A stretch of 64,000 nucleotides of DNA from Macrostomum lignano (Eukaryota): NCBI GenBank assembly GCA_002269645.1, contig NIVC01000420.1, forward strand, positions 372,001-436,000, in the 5' to 3' direction. The notes under the pieces were generated by a model. The model worked only from the letters and a program-made list of their open reading frames with translations. It was not told the DNA's origin and did not search any database. A program made the position numbers and the translations under genes. Positions within the stretch are counted from its first letter, which is position 1. Every line of letters begins with the position of its first letter. Shown here piece by piece: positions 62,129 to 64,000 of the stretch.

Positions 62129-63257
62129 CTTTAGGGCGATTTTGGGGCGATTCTCATGGAAGTTTTGGGGCGATTCTCATGGCAATTTGGGGATGATTCT
62201 CATGGTAGTTGGGGGGCGATTCTTATGGCAGTTTGGGGCGATTCTCATGGCAGTTTTGGGGCGATCTTCATGGCAGTTTTGGGGCGATTCTCATGGCAGT
62301 TTTGGGGCGATTCTCATGGCAATTTGGGGATGATTCTCATGGTAGTTGGGGGGCGATTCTTATGGCAGTTTGGGGCGATTCTCATGGTAGTTGGGGAGCG
62401 ATTCTTATGGCAGTTTGGGGCGATTCTCATGGTAGTTGGGGAGCGATTCTTATGGCAGTTTGGGGCGATTCTCATGGTAGTTTGAGGTGATTCTCATTTT
62501 ATTTTGGGGCGATTCTCATTTTAGTTTGGGGCGATTCTCATGGTAGTTTGAGGTAATTCTCACGGCACCTTGGGGCGATTCTCATGCCAGTTTGGGGCGA
62601 TTCTCATGCCAGTTTGGGGGCGATTCTCATAGCAGTTTTGGGGCGATTCTCATGGCAGTTTTGGGGAGATTCTCATGACAATTTGGGGCGATTCTCATGA
62701 CAATTTGGGGGCGATTCTCATGGTAGTTGGGGGGGGGGCGATTCTCATTTTAGTTTGCGGCGATTCTCATTTTAGTTTAGAGCGATTCTCTCGGCACCTT
62801 GGGGGCGATTCTCATGGTAGTTTGAGGTGATTCTGACGGCACCTTGGGGGCGATTCTCATGGTAGTTGGGGGCGTTTCTCATTTAGTTTGGAGCGATTCT
62901 CTCGGCACCTTGGGGGCGATTCTCATGGTAGTTTGAGGTGATTCTCACGGCACCTTGGGGCGATTCTCATGGCAGTTTGGGGCGATTCTCACGGCAGTTT
63001 GGGGCGATTCTCACGGCAGTTTGGGGCGATTCTCATGGCAGTTTGGGGCGATTCTCACGGCACCTTGGGGCGATTCTCATGGCAGTTTGGGGCGATTCTC
63101 ACGGCAGTTTGGGGCGATTCTCACGGCAGTTTGGGGCGATTCTCATGGCAGTTTGGGGCGATTCTCACGGCAGTTTGGGGCGATTCTCATGGCAGTTTGG
63201 GGCGATTCTCACGGCAGTTTGGGGCGATTCTCATGGCAGTTTGGGGGCGATTCTGAA
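62129..63257. repeat. 22-23-bp minisatellite (GGGGCGATTCTCATGGCAGTTT), about 50 copies
   Basis: Tandem units are visible. Confidence 0.95.
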
Positions 63258-63370
63258 GGGGCACGAGAAGGATGACATTGGAGGGCTGAGGTATGCCTAT
63301 CAGGTTAAACAAAATGAATCTCACACCAAAGATTGATTAGGGATGATTCTCAAAATGGATTAAAGGCATC

Positions 63371-63706
63371 TCAGTCGCCCCTGTCAATGGTTGGGGCAGG
63401 CGGCACTAGCACCAGCGGCTTCGGCTGCGCGGTGCCCGGCGGTTTCGGCGGCAGCAGCTGCAGCTCCCCCCGGGGCGCCGACGCCGCTCCGCCGACAGCG
63501 CCGCCGCTGCCCGCGCCGACTTCGACGCCAGCGTTGGTGCCGGCGTCACCGGTCTGAAGTAGCGGCTGGAAAAGTACATTGGCAGCCACGGGATGGGATC
63601 TGGAGTGCTGCTGCTGCTCGGGCGAGTTGATCGCTGAATCCGCTGCTGACGATTCGCCATCGGCTGCCACGGCGCTCCACAGACTGTTGAAGCTGAGGGG
63701 ACGGAT
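63371..63706 (-). CDS. Probable last coding exon of a minus-strand gene whose 5' part lies beyond the window (low-complexity Ala/Gly/Pro C-terminus)
   Basis: Acceptor TACTAATAG|ATC at 63707/63706, followed by a GC-rich open frame IRPLSFNSLWSAVAADG...TIDRGD*. No domain was recognised. Confidence 0.5.
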   Translation of the reverse strand: MRPLSFNSLWSAVAADGESSAADSAINSPEQQQHSRSHPVAANVLFQPLLQTGDAGTNAGVEVGAGSGGAVGGAASAPRGELQLLPPKPPGTAQPKPLVLVPPAPTIDRGD

Positions 63707-64000
63707 CTATTAGTACACTAAATAAAAGTGCATTTGCGAATGTTTAAAGTTCATACTTAATGAAAAGCAATAAAAGTACACTACCAAACAGACATGAAAC
63801 TAAAAGTACATTTAGATTCGAAAACATAAATAGTAAAAGTACATCCGTACCCGATTAAAATGGTATCTAGGTCAACAAGTACCCCAGAGTCATTTCAGAT
63901 AGCACAGGCAAAATAGGAAAGAAACCAGGCGACTCTAAACCGACGAGATGGCACGGTACAAAAGTCGCCAAATATTCGTCAAAGAGTTTCCCAAGAGTCA

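Overview
Repeat-rich eukaryotic (metazoan) nuclear DNA with GC-rich exons, short spliceosomal introns and many minisatellite-filled introns. This style resembles a free-living flatworm such as Macrostomum, but that is inference and was not verified. Host genes reconstructed by hand-splicing are: a 16-Cys secreted protein (+, 9087-9636), a 78-aa prepro-peptide missed by the ORF track (-, 14252-15120), a BMP2/4-like ligand lacking the interchain cysteine (-, 20266-22324), JMJD6 (+, 29816-39448), a NUP42/NUPL2-like nucleoporin (+, 46586-50664, 5' exon not found), a small two-TM protein (+, 53046-53558), a divergent CK1/TTBK-like kinase (+, 55130-60858) and a terminal exon at the right edge. Mobile DNA includes a decayed Ty3/Gypsy pol, an intact and very young Ty3/Gypsy provirus (3359-7924), a dead mariner and several MITE/foldback-like palindromes. 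An intact 4-exon hAT-like (DDE/CxxH) transposase with an RG-rich tract and a Tudor-like tail lies antisense inside JMJD6 intron 1. Next to its 3' end are two ungapped, degenerate copies of the 28S rRNA R2/I-PpoI/Pokey target region, each with the cleavage core disrupted; this is the most unusual observation. About 18 kb (~28%) of the window is mini/microsatellite. No CRISPR array, tRNA gene or functional rRNA gene was found.
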